From assembly GCA_963798085.1 (NCBI GenBank), contig CAWCRS010000003.1:1036690-1100689 (forward strand): DNA of 64,000 bases. Direction: 5' to 3'. Position numbers and translations under genes: made by a program. The stretch's first letter is position 1, and each line of letters begins with the position of its first letter. Source of the DNA: an uncultured Gemmatimonadales bacterium. Lineage in GTDB: Bacteria > Gemmatimonadota > Gemmatimonadetes > Longimicrobiales > RSA9. A model generated the notes under the pieces. That model was not told the origin of the DNA, ran no database searches, and saw nothing but the letters and a program-made list of their open reading frames with translations. This document shows positions 55,937 through 64,000 of the stretch, piece by piece.

Positions 55937-57636
55937 CTACGACGTGGTCATGTGTCTCCGGCGGAAGGCATCCATCAGCCGCACTAACTCGGCGTTGGTG
56001 AACGGTTGCCAGCCGTGCGGCTTCATGGGGCGGCCGTACTCGAACGTGAAGTTCGCCGGTGGGTTGGTGAGCTTTTTCGACTCCTGCTCCATCAGGTAGA
56101 CGCCGAGGTTCAGGTAGTAGTTATCCATGTCGCCGACATAGACGTGCATCTTGCCGGCCAGCTGCGATCCAATGCGCGGCCAGTTCTGGCGCAGGTTCCA
56201 CGTGAGATCGTAACCGCGGTCCCGCCAGTACGCGGCGACGCTCTTGTCGATTACGCCGGTGGACCGGTCCCATAGACGCTTCGGGTATCCGTCGGCGCCC
56301 GCCGGTCCATAGGCGGCGTCCCACGCATCGAACTGCTGGCCGCTGCGCGCATGGTCCCCGAGCACCGCTTCCAATCGGCTCATCATGCGGAAGGACAGAA
56401 GATCCTGACCCTCCGGCGTCCGGCTCATGGATCGCTCCGGCACCGGTGGCAACGCGTTGTTAGGGAAGAACGCGTTCGAGTCCGCGTAAATGTCGACGGT
56501 CTGGTTGCGCCGGAAGTCGACCGGATCGGGATAGAGACACCACGCACCGCCGAAAAAGTCCGGGCGCTGAATCTGCAGCGCGGCGCACTCCCAGCCGCCG
56601 GTGGAGCCGCCGGTGAGGAACCGCGCGTTCGCCTCGGGGATGGAATGAAATCGCCGCTCGAGCTCGGGCACGAGCTCGGTGAGGAGCGCGTCCTGGTACG
56701 GTCCGTTGTTCGCCGAGTTCACGGCGTACGAGTCATCGTAGTAGGGCGTGGGGTGTTGCCAGCTGATGGCGACGAAGCGTGGGAAGGCGTTGCTCGTCCA
56801 CGCTTCAGCGAACTCCAACCCGCTCTCGCGCGCGCTCGAGAGAGCAGGGTCCCACACGCTGGGCTGGCCACCGCGGCCGGCCCCGCGTCCCGCGCGGCCC
56901 GCGCGAGCCGCGCCCGAATCAGCCGGGTCGACGAAGCCGAACGGCGCGCCCAGCCCGAAGTGGCCCTGGCTGTAAATGGCCGGGTAACGCTCGTTCGACG
57001 ATTCGGCGAACCCCCTGGGCAGGAGCACGGTGGCCCCAATGTACACCGGCGCGCCCCAGAACTTCGACAGGAGCTCGCTCTTCATCTTCACGCGCTTGAC
57101 CCAACGCGTGTCGGGCGGAACCTCTACCGGAGGCAGCTTCTTCGTCAGCGCGAGCCGCACCGCCGTGCGCGAGTTCGGCTCGAAATGGACCTTGACCACT
57201 TCGCTCACGAGGTTCCCCGGCGACGTGCTCCAATGTTGTCCTTCCCACTGATCCGCGTGCACCCACACCGCGTGACCATCCGCACGGTGGAACTGTGTGT
57301 AGACGTTGAGCACGGCCTGCGCGTAGTAGTCGCCCGCAGGCATGTGGGCCATGTCGTCGAACGGGAATCCGGGCACCTGCGCGCCGACGGTGGTCTCGGC
57401 CCCGGGTTTCCACCCGCCGACATCGATCCCATAGAAGGGAACGCTGCCGCCGTAACTGCCGGCCTGAAAGCGCGGTTCGCGCGCGTTCGTCCGTCCGAAA
57501 TGACGAAGAGCCGGCCGGTCGTGGGCTCACTGGCGATGGACCGATCCAGCGTGACCGTCACCTGCTGTGCGACGGCTGGCGTCCTCGCGAGCGCGACCGC
57601 CACGATCGCGGCGACAGCTATGCGGAATGGGCGCAT
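55937..57636 (-). CDS. secreted esterase, paralog of 35153-36781, frameshift near 57495
   Basis: MRPFRIAVAA signal, TGRLFV, then TNAREPRFQAG..PFYGIDV in frame with DQWEGQ, QHPTPYYDDSYAVNS, GGSTGGWE. Confidence 0.85.
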
Positions 57637-57690
57637 GGTGCGCTCCTGCCAGGGAAACAGTAGGGGTGATAGCGTGGGCCGCATCCAGGA

Positions 57691-58948
57691 TGCGGCGCCG
57701 AGCGGCCCGGGGCAAGCTCACCGGTCGCGAAGCAAGGATTGCGACCTGGCTGCAATCCAGACTACCCGGACGATCCCAACTATTACGCGATCTGCAACCA
57801 AGGTTGCGACCCAGATCCCTTTGACGTGTGTGTTGCGCCGACCTTCATTATCCCCGCCGAGGGGTATACCTGTACCGATAGCGTGTACGGCTGTGAGCTG
57901 TAAGTCGGTTGTCTGGTGCGCAGGAGGAGCAGGGCACGCGCGTTGCCCTGCTCCTTACTTGGACGAAGCGGCCTTGGACCCGCGGGTACGGGTTCCTGCA
58001 GGTTGTCGGGAGGCGCGGATGGTGTCCTGGTTTGGCCGGATAGTGGTGACGCTGGTGATGTCATGCATCGCACAGGCGTGGTGGTCGTCGTCTGCCTTCG
58101 CGCAGGAGATCCGTGGACGTGTCGTTGAAGAGGTGTCGCGGATGGCCATTTCGCGTGCAGCTGTCGTTCTGATGTCTGTCGACAGCGTGGTGTTGATGAG
58201 AACAGAAACCGATAGCAGGGGCTTCTTTCGTCTCCATGCGGAAGGCGCCGGGAGATATCTCTTGCACGCAGAGCACTCGGGCCACAGCTCCCAAGTCAGA
58301 GAGGTCACCGTCCTTGAACATGGCGTAATTACCTTGCCTGCGTTTGTACTGCAGGTCAATCTGATTGCTCTGCCGCCGGTCAATGTGCGAGCGAGCACCG
58401 GTGGGGCTCCGGGTGCAAGTAGTTTCGGAAATGATAAGCATGTGCTTGACGGCGGCCGCATGGCGCTGCTGGAGGCTCACGGAGCGTCGATCTTCTCAGC
58501 TATTCGCGAACTTGGCGGCGGAGTGATAGTCAAGAGCGAACGGCAGCACTCGGCCTGCATTGAATCGGATCGGCGCTTTTTGGATTTCCAGCAGAAGCCC
58601 GGTTGCATGATGGTTATAGTAGTTCTCAATGGTGTCGTCATAGGCGATGGTGGCAGCTTGGTAGGATCAATGCGTCTCGAAGACCTGGAGAGTGTTGAGT
58701 ATCTGTCGCCGCTTGACGCAGGCCAACGGTACGGCTTGGATGCTGCGGCGAGGGGCGCAATAGTGCTTTGGACGCGTGGAAATGGACCCCATAGGTCTGC
58801 GAGCCGGAATGGCCGGGATAGGGATTAGCAGGTTGCGGGAAACGGGTAACCAAGCTGAGAATCTCTCTCCGTATGAGCGGCGTTATTGGTGGATGGCTTG
58901 CTTTGCGGCGCCGAGCGGCCCGCGGCAAGCTCACCGGCCGCGAAGCAA
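57691..58948. repeat. 45-bp direct repeats at 57691-57735 and 58904-58948
   Basis: TGCGGCGCCGAGCGGCCCG(G/C)GGCAAGCTCACCGG(T/C)CGCGAAGCAA, 43/45 identical. Confidence 0.9.
58019..58828 (+). CDS. secreted carboxypeptidase-regulatory-like domain plus TonB-plug-like protein (no barrel)
   Basis: GGAGG RBS, signal peptide, QEIRGRVVE..TDSRGFFRL..GRYLL; LESVEYL..YG..RGAIVLWTR. Confidence 0.7.
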   Translation: MVSWFGRIVVTLVMSCIAQAWWSSSAFAQEIRGRVVEEVSRMAISRAAVVLMSVDSVVLMRTETDSRGFFRLHAEGAGRYLLHAEHSGHSSQVREVTVLEHGVITLPAFVLQVNLIALPPVNVRASTGGAPGASSFGNDKHVLDGGRMALLEAHGASIFSAIRELGGGVIVKSERQHSACIESDRRFLDFQQKPGCMMVIVVLNGVVIGDGGSLVGSMRLEDLESVEYLSPLDAGQRYGLDAAARGAIVLWTRGNGPHRSASRNGRDRD

Positions 58949-58999
58949 CGTGCGCACGGTCGAGGCGAGGTTGCAGGGATCGGGTTCGATGGCGCGTTC

Positions 59000-59080
59000 G
59001 CCACGCTCCGTTTGTGCCTGCCTCCGCCATTGCGCGGCCGACGGCCGACAGGCCGCCGAGCGTGTAATGGCGTGTTAGAT
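59000..59080 (-). repeat. partial attC-like site
   Basis: ...GCCATTGCGCGGCC..GGCCGCCGAGCGTGTAATGGCGTGTTAGAT matches the right-hand portion of the complete sites; other arm not recognisable. Confidence 0.7.
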
Positions 59081-59145
59081 GACGTGCTCCGGCCTGCCTG
59101 GAACGTCACCGTGCCTGCCCGGAGTCCGGATCTGCCGGCCGCCTG

Positions 59146-60579
59146 CTAGAACTTGCTTGCGGACTCCTGCGGCCTGGCATCAACAACCACGATATCAGGC
59201 GCTTGCTCACCTCGCTCCACTGCCTCGTCCCGAAGCGTCAAGACGGCCTTGATCTTGGTGTCGTCGTCTGTAACACGAATGATCAGGAAGACGCTTGCCA
59301 GTGTTCGCTCTGCCTCGTTGTAGCGCTTTAGTTGAGTCTCATATCCGTGGACAAGGCGGCTGTGGTTCGATTTCTTCAGTTCCACCGTAACCTTGGCTGC
59401 AGATCCGTGGCTAAACTTAAAGTCGACCGGTCCAGGGCCGGCGTTTGTCTCGGGCGATATGTCCAGATCTGGGCTGCCTTCACGGCAGTATGTGAGGGCG
59501 ATTCCAAAGAATATTCGCTGGATCGCTCGCTCCGTGATAGATGTGCGCTCCCTCTTGTCAATCCACAGAGCGTCCCACAAGCCATTGCGCTCAACAAGAC
59601 GCTTGAAATGGTCACATATTTCCTTTACGGCGTCCAAGGCTGACGCGGATGTCCACCCCTGGACGGGCTTGTGAATGGTCAGCGGGTGCTTTGCGGCCAG
59701 GTCCTGCGCGCTCAAGAAGCGGCGCAATTCAGCCGCTGGATCCAGGTAGAAGTCATATGGGTCTGCGTGGGCATCGCGATAGACTTGCAGTAGAGCCTTC
59801 ATTAGGTCGGGGTTGTGACGAACGCGATCCCACAATTGCGCCTTTGATGGCCGCCGGCCCTTGGCGACTGTGGCAAAGAGCTCGTTGATCTTTGATCTCA
59901 CCGAAGCGTTGTACTGCGCCACAGCGGCGATCTCAGAGTAGCTCAATGCAAGCGGCAACTCGCGAAGAACATCTCTGGGGACGAAATAGATATGGCGCAT
60001 CTTGCCCTTGTAACGATCGACCGGAAGCTGGTACGGGGACCCGCGAATGGTCACCGGTTTCGTTGCCACGCCCAGGGTTGTTGCAACGCGCTCGGTGTAC
60101 TTGGCGAATGGTCCCTCCGCGATTCGAAGAACCACATCGCTGATCCGATCTGGGCCGTAGTCGTCGGTGAACAAGCCGACGAGTTCGAATATTCGAGGAT
60201 CTCTTTCGCCGGCTTTGATAATTCTGAATGCGCGGTCGGCAAGGTTTCTGGCCAAGCCGGCTCCTACCGCGGACCCGTCGCCGCTGTCCTTGGAGTAGCC
60301 GAGCGAAACGCCGCGCAGTTCCTTGAACTGAAGACGTTTTCTTGCCTCGTCCCAGAGTGGCCCCTCAGGTTTATCCGACAGGGAGAGAAGTGTAACAAGA
60401 TCTTCGAAGTGGGCGGTGACTGCAGTTGCAGCCTCGTGCATTTCTGGGACGCTACTGACCGCGAGCAGATGGGGATCGACGTGGAGCTGTGAATCCAGAT
60501 CAATGAAGGCGTTGAATACACCATGTCCGTCAAGTGCATCGGGCGGCACTCCGAGAAAGCTACTTAGCAGATCAGGCAT
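59146..60579 (-). CDS. cassette A: hypothetical protein with C-terminal PD-(D/E)xK nuclease-like motif
   Basis: 477 aa intact ORF; ERAIQRIF..DISPETNAGPGPVDFKFS..VTVELKKS..HGYETQL..Y. Confidence 0.75.
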   Translation of the reverse strand: MPDLLSSFLGVPPDALDGHGVFNAFIDLDSQLHVDPHLLAVSSVPEMHEAATAVTAHFEDLVTLLSLSDKPEGPLWDEARKRLQFKELRGVSLGYSKDSGDGSAVGAGLARNLADRAFRIIKAGERDPRIFELVGLFTDDYGPDRISDVVLRIAEGPFAKYTERVATTLGVATKPVTIRGSPYQLPVDRYKGKMRHIYFVPRDVLRELPLALSYSEIAAVAQYNASVRSKINELFATVAKGRRPSKAQLWDRVRHNPDLMKALLQVYRDAHADPYDFYLDPAAELRRFLSAQDLAAKHPLTIHKPVQGWTSASALDAVKEICDHFKRLVERNGLWDALWIDKRERTSITERAIQRIFFGIALTYCREGSPDLDISPETNAGPGPVDFKFSHGSAAKVTVELKKSNHSRLVHGYETQLKRYNEAERTLASVFLIIRVTDDDTKIKAVLTLRDEAVERGEQAPDIVVVDARPQESASKF

Positions 60580-60737
60580 GCCAGATTCGCTTGGATGAAG
60601 TCATTTGGTTCTTCTTCGCGACTGTCCGTGCGTGTAGACGACGGTCTGAACTGAATCCTGCTGGTTTGCGCGCGAGGCTGCAAGGTCAGCTTCGTTGAGC
60701 GATTTCGGCTCGGAATACGATAGGGCCGGAGCATGTC

Positions 60738-60877
60738 ATCTAACGTGATGGCGGTTCATGACGCGCCGAAGCCGCTTGCGGCGCAGGCGTGTCCGCGCCC
60801 TTCCCAAGCTACTCGCCTCGGCCATTGCGCGGCCAGCCGCGCGCACGCGCGGCGCAGCATGAACTAGCGTGTTAGCT
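60738..60877 (-). repeat. attC-like site (140 bp)
   Basis: ATCTAAC..GTTCATG-AC-GCGCCG ... CGGCGC-AG-CATGAAC..GTTAGCT. Confidence 0.85.
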
Positions 60878-60981
60878 GACGTTCGAACACCTGGTTGCGT
60901 TGCCGCTCTGCTCGGGACGTCCATTCTGGCTGCATGGTCACGTACCGGCTGCGATCATTCGGACGGGCGTGCCGCACTCGT

Positions 60982-61518
60982 CTACTCCGTCGGCGCATCG
61001 TCCGCTGGAGGAGGAGCACCGGAATCGTCCGCCTGCCGTTCCACCGCATACTTGACGTCCTGCACTTCCGCAAAACCCGGATCGAACACAGCACTCAATT
61101 GAAGCGTGTGGTAGGTGGCCGCTCCGCGACTCAAACCCACCCGGCGGTAATTCATCAAGCCTCGCGACTCCAGATGCAGAAACACCTGGTCGGCGGCCAG
61201 CAAGATGGCGAGTATCACGATTGCCTTCATTGGCGAGTACATCCAGCTGAGCAAGCGAGCCACGGCCACGAGCACGAGGGTGAATAACGCCAAGCGCCAA
61301 GCCCTAGCTCTGCCATACTGCGACAGGACTGCCTCCTGAAGGTGAAGTCGGCCACCCTGGTCTTCTGCGATGATGCCCTTGCTCAAGAGGCGCTGCAAGG
61401 CCGGCAACGTACGATCCACAGCAATGCTGGCACCGGCCTCCGGGGCATACCCTTGGCGAAGTTCCCGGAGAAGGGTGCGCTCCCCCCGCGACAAGAACCA
61501 ACAAGCCACGTTGCTCAT
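60982..61518 (-). CDS. cassette B: hypothetical membrane protein
   Basis: GGAGAG RBS before MSNVACWFL; two hydrophobic helices; lies between attC sites. Confidence 0.6.
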   Translation of the reverse strand: MSNVACWFLSRGERTLLRELRQGYAPEAGASIAVDRTLPALQRLLSKGIIAEDQGGRLHLQEAVLSQYGRARAWRLALFTLVLVAVARLLSWMYSPMKAIVILAILLAADQVFLHLESRGLMNYRRVGLSRGAATYHTLQLSAVFDPGFAEVQDVKYAVERQADDSGAPPPADDAPTE

Positions 61519-61698
61519 CGCTCTCTCCAAGCCGGCCCGTTCGACCCCCGGCGCGCGACAATCGATCCACGCCCACCGCCATCTACTCCCGTAAGGGACG
61601 TCCGGTCCTTCCCGACCCGATGCTCCTACCACGCCAGCTGCTCATGGAATACGCGCCCAGGCTTAACGAACGGCACGCCACAATGGTGTTCGAATGTC

Positions 61699-61844
61699 AG
61701 CTAACGTCTCAGAGGTTGCCGACGTGCCGAAGCCGACCGCAAGGGCGGCGCAGGCATGTCCGCCGCCCTTCCCTGCGTGACCGCTTCGGCTGCCCGCGGC
61801 GGCCGCCGCGCGCCAGCGCGGCCTGCGGCAAACTTGTGTTATCT
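61699..61844 (-). repeat. attC-like site (146 bp)
   Basis: AGCTAAC..GTTGCCG ... CGGCAAAC..GTTATCT; central region similar to the other sites. Confidence 0.85.
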
Positions 61845-61868
61845 GACGTGCGCCTGCCTGGGCTAAGC

Positions 61869-62841
61869 CTATGCTGTCGGAATCGCCGAGAGAACTCGGT
61901 TGAGGTCCTTAAGCCTGAGCTTCAAGGCATCGTCCACGGGTCCTGCCGTGACAACGTAAGCCGTGCGCAAGGTGGACGTTACGGGGCGACCACCCTTCAG
62001 CACTGCACACATCACGTGGGCATAAAAGACAATTGCGGGTGCCGCCTTCGTCGAATCCAGAATCGTTCGACAAGCGGCTCCGAACCGCCGACGTGGCTGA
62101 CGACAGCACCCCGCAGGGAGTCAATCTCCTCAAGTAAGAGGCGCAGCGGTATTGCGGGATCACCAAAGGCTCCCCATGTGTAGCCGCCGGCCTTATCCCT
62201 TTCACCAGGCCAATAACGTGTGCGGTCAATAATATTCTTAAGGTTGAGAAAGACGAATCCCTGATCGCAATCGCCCCTGTCGATTTGGTGAATGCCATCT
62301 GACACGCGGTCGATCATTGTCTGAGGACTCCTGGAGTGGAGTACCTTGCATGCGATACCCAGGCGGCCGTCCGGCAGGCTGGCAATGACGTCGGGATTGC
62401 TGCCGATTCGAATAATGCGGATCGTCCAGGCGTACGTCCTGGGTCCACTGCATCGCGTAGCATGCTGGCATAGAGCTCGAAGATCTTGTTCGCATCTTGA
62501 TCAGTAATCTTTGCGGGACGATTCTGGCTCGCTTCGGCCTTGTTAAGAAGCTGCAAATGTGGGACTAGTCGCGGGAAGCTCTTGTTCTGTGACGCCCCAA
62601 GCAACTGGGCTGCGAGCTCCGCGAGGGCGGCCATATCGCTGTACTCAGGCCGGATGTCGTGGTTGCACGGGATGGGCACTCCCTCCCGGGCGCGTTCAGT
62701 GATCTCCTTCGTGCTGGTGACCATCCGTTCGAGCGAACTGCCCTCGACAATGGAAATGCCAACGCCATCCAATGCGGCAATGAGTTCGTCGGCCGCCCGC
62801 TCTTCAGCGGCCGCCAGCGTAAACCCTCGCATGTTCACCAT
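61869..62841 (-). CDS. cassette C: hypothetical protein with PD-(D/E)xK-like motif, about 3 frameshifts
   Basis: Frames join as MVNMRGF..DANKIFELY / ..LDDP.. / NPDVIASLPDGRLGIACKVLHS..QIDRG..FVFLNL / ..IVFYAHV..SAIPTA*. Confidence 0.6.
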
Positions 62842-62852
62842 TGGCGCATGTC

Positions 62853-62999
62853 AGATAACGTCTCAGAAGTTCACGACGTGCCGGAGCCGACCGCATGGGC
62901 GGCGCAGGCCGTTCCACCAGCCCTTCCGTGCGTGACCGCTTCGGCCACTCGCGGCGGCCAGCGGCCACCAGGCCGCTGAGCGTGAAATTTGTGTTATAC
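62853..62999 (-). repeat. attC-like site (147 bp)
   Basis: AGATAAC..GTTCACG ... CGTGAAAT..GTTATAC; highly similar to 61699-61844. Confidence 0.85.
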
Positions 63000-63046
63000 G
63001 AAGTGTTCTTCGGCGCCTCGGTTCAGGCACTGTGCCGGATGGCCCT

Positions 63047-63888
63047 TCAAGTGATCGGCCCCAGCGGCCCATCTTGCGCAACTGATGCCCACGTTGTGAA
63101 GTAAGCCTGATCGGTCGCGATCAAGTTGACGCCAAGACGGCATGCCTTGGCCCACGACACGTCATCGTTGACCTCATATGCCCGAAAGAGTAGCGCGGGC
63201 CTGAATTCAGGCTCCACGAGAAGCTTTGTGGCGACCAAGCGATCATAACGGAAATTGTAGAACAACCGATTCGGCTGGTCGAGGGGGAACGTTGAGCCCG
63301 TCTCGATTGTTTCGTTGACGTTCCTGTCGACGAAGCACAGCCTCTCATTCAGAGAACAGTCGACGTATGTCCAAGTGCGATCAAGCTCACCGCCTGACAT
63401 GCAACAAATGAAGCGCCCCCATATCGCGCGTGCGGTTGGCCAGCCGGAGCTCGCGGCGTCCAACAAGGTCGCCGCGCTTCCAAGCAGTTCCCCAGGCGTG
63501 TAGAACATCGAGCCGGACATGGCGTCTCTAATGTAGGCGTCAAACGCCGTGGCGAATTCTCGGTCCGAGCCGGGTGAGTTCTTGATATCGAAATGCACGA
63601 AAATGGGTCAATGCCCCCCCCTTGCTCGGCGGACCAACGATCAAGTTCGGGTGGATCTGCGCTCAATTGCCCTTTCGTGCTCTTCGAATACTTGCCTCCA
63701 TGCTGAACAGACCAGCTCCAACCCTTCACATCCTGGACAATGTCAAGCTCGACGCCGCAGCTGCCACCCTTGTATGGACGGTCAGCGTGCCAGGTGAGCT
63801 GATCGGCGATCGGCAGCTTGGCCACACCGTAGCTATTGTGTACGGCCTTGACACGGATTTGCTGCATCGGAAGGTCTACTGTATCCAT
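63047..63888 (-). CDS. cassette D: PI-PLC/GDPD-like phosphodiesterase, frameshifted near 63610-63650
   Basis: KAVHNSY, GVELDI, SVQH in the first frame; FDIK and GVNLIATD in the second. Confidence 0.7.
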
Positions 63889-63954
63889 AATGCCCTCCCA
63901 CTCGAACGAGGACGACTTGTGCTGCCTGCCTCATATCTGCCGAAGAACATTTTC

Positions 63955-64000
63955 GTATAACGTGCGTTTGTTCACGAAGCCCCGGAGCTGACCGCCAGGT
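63955..64000 (-). repeat. attC-like site cut by the window edge
   Basis: GTATAAC-GTGCGTTT-GTTCACG..CCGGAGCTGACCGC matches the beginning of the 62853 site. Confidence 0.75.

Larger units (their letters stand above)
59074..64000 (-). mobile_element. integron gene-cassette array (at least 4 cassettes, integrase not in window)
   Basis: Single co-oriented genes with visibly lower GC separated by homologous attC-like sites with AAC...GTT core boxes. Confidence 0.85.

Noticed and set aside
56351..58018. N-terminal part of the 825-aa plus-strand ORF
   Set aside because: Mostly antisense to the esterase gene; only the part from ATG 58019 (RBS, signal peptide) looks coding.
59074..63961. Cassettes as IS elements because of terminal inverted repeats
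   Set aside because: No transposase or target duplications; repeats begin exactly at GTT/AAC boxes of shared attC-like spacers.

Overview
High-GC bacterial DNA. The gene content (PadR plus duplicated ABC/MacB-type permeases, a TolB-N/TPR Ser/Thr kinase, many secreted hydrolases) suggests Gemmatimonadota or a similar lineage; this is inference. Bases 1-39 kb are mostly ordinary genes: permeases, DEAD-box helicase, two-component pair, RecQ, phosphoketolase-acetate kinase, Na+/solute symporter. They are punctuated by six copies of an unannotated ~141-148 bp palindromic intergenic element. Bases 39.5-57.6 kb hold short, almost all minus-strand accessory genes, many truncated, internally deleted or chimeric. 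Bases 59-64 kb are an integron-type cassette array: three complete, mutually similar ~140-147 bp attC-like sites and two partial ones separate four cassettes (two PD-(D/E)xK-like nucleases, a membrane protein, a PI-PLC-like enzyme). Each cassette is bracketed by its own 17-23 bp terminal inverted repeat that extends well beyond the 7-bp core site. No integrase is in the window; the array runs off the right edge. Scattered single-base frameshifts in conserved genes suggest uncorrected sequencing errors, so pseudogene calls are tentative.
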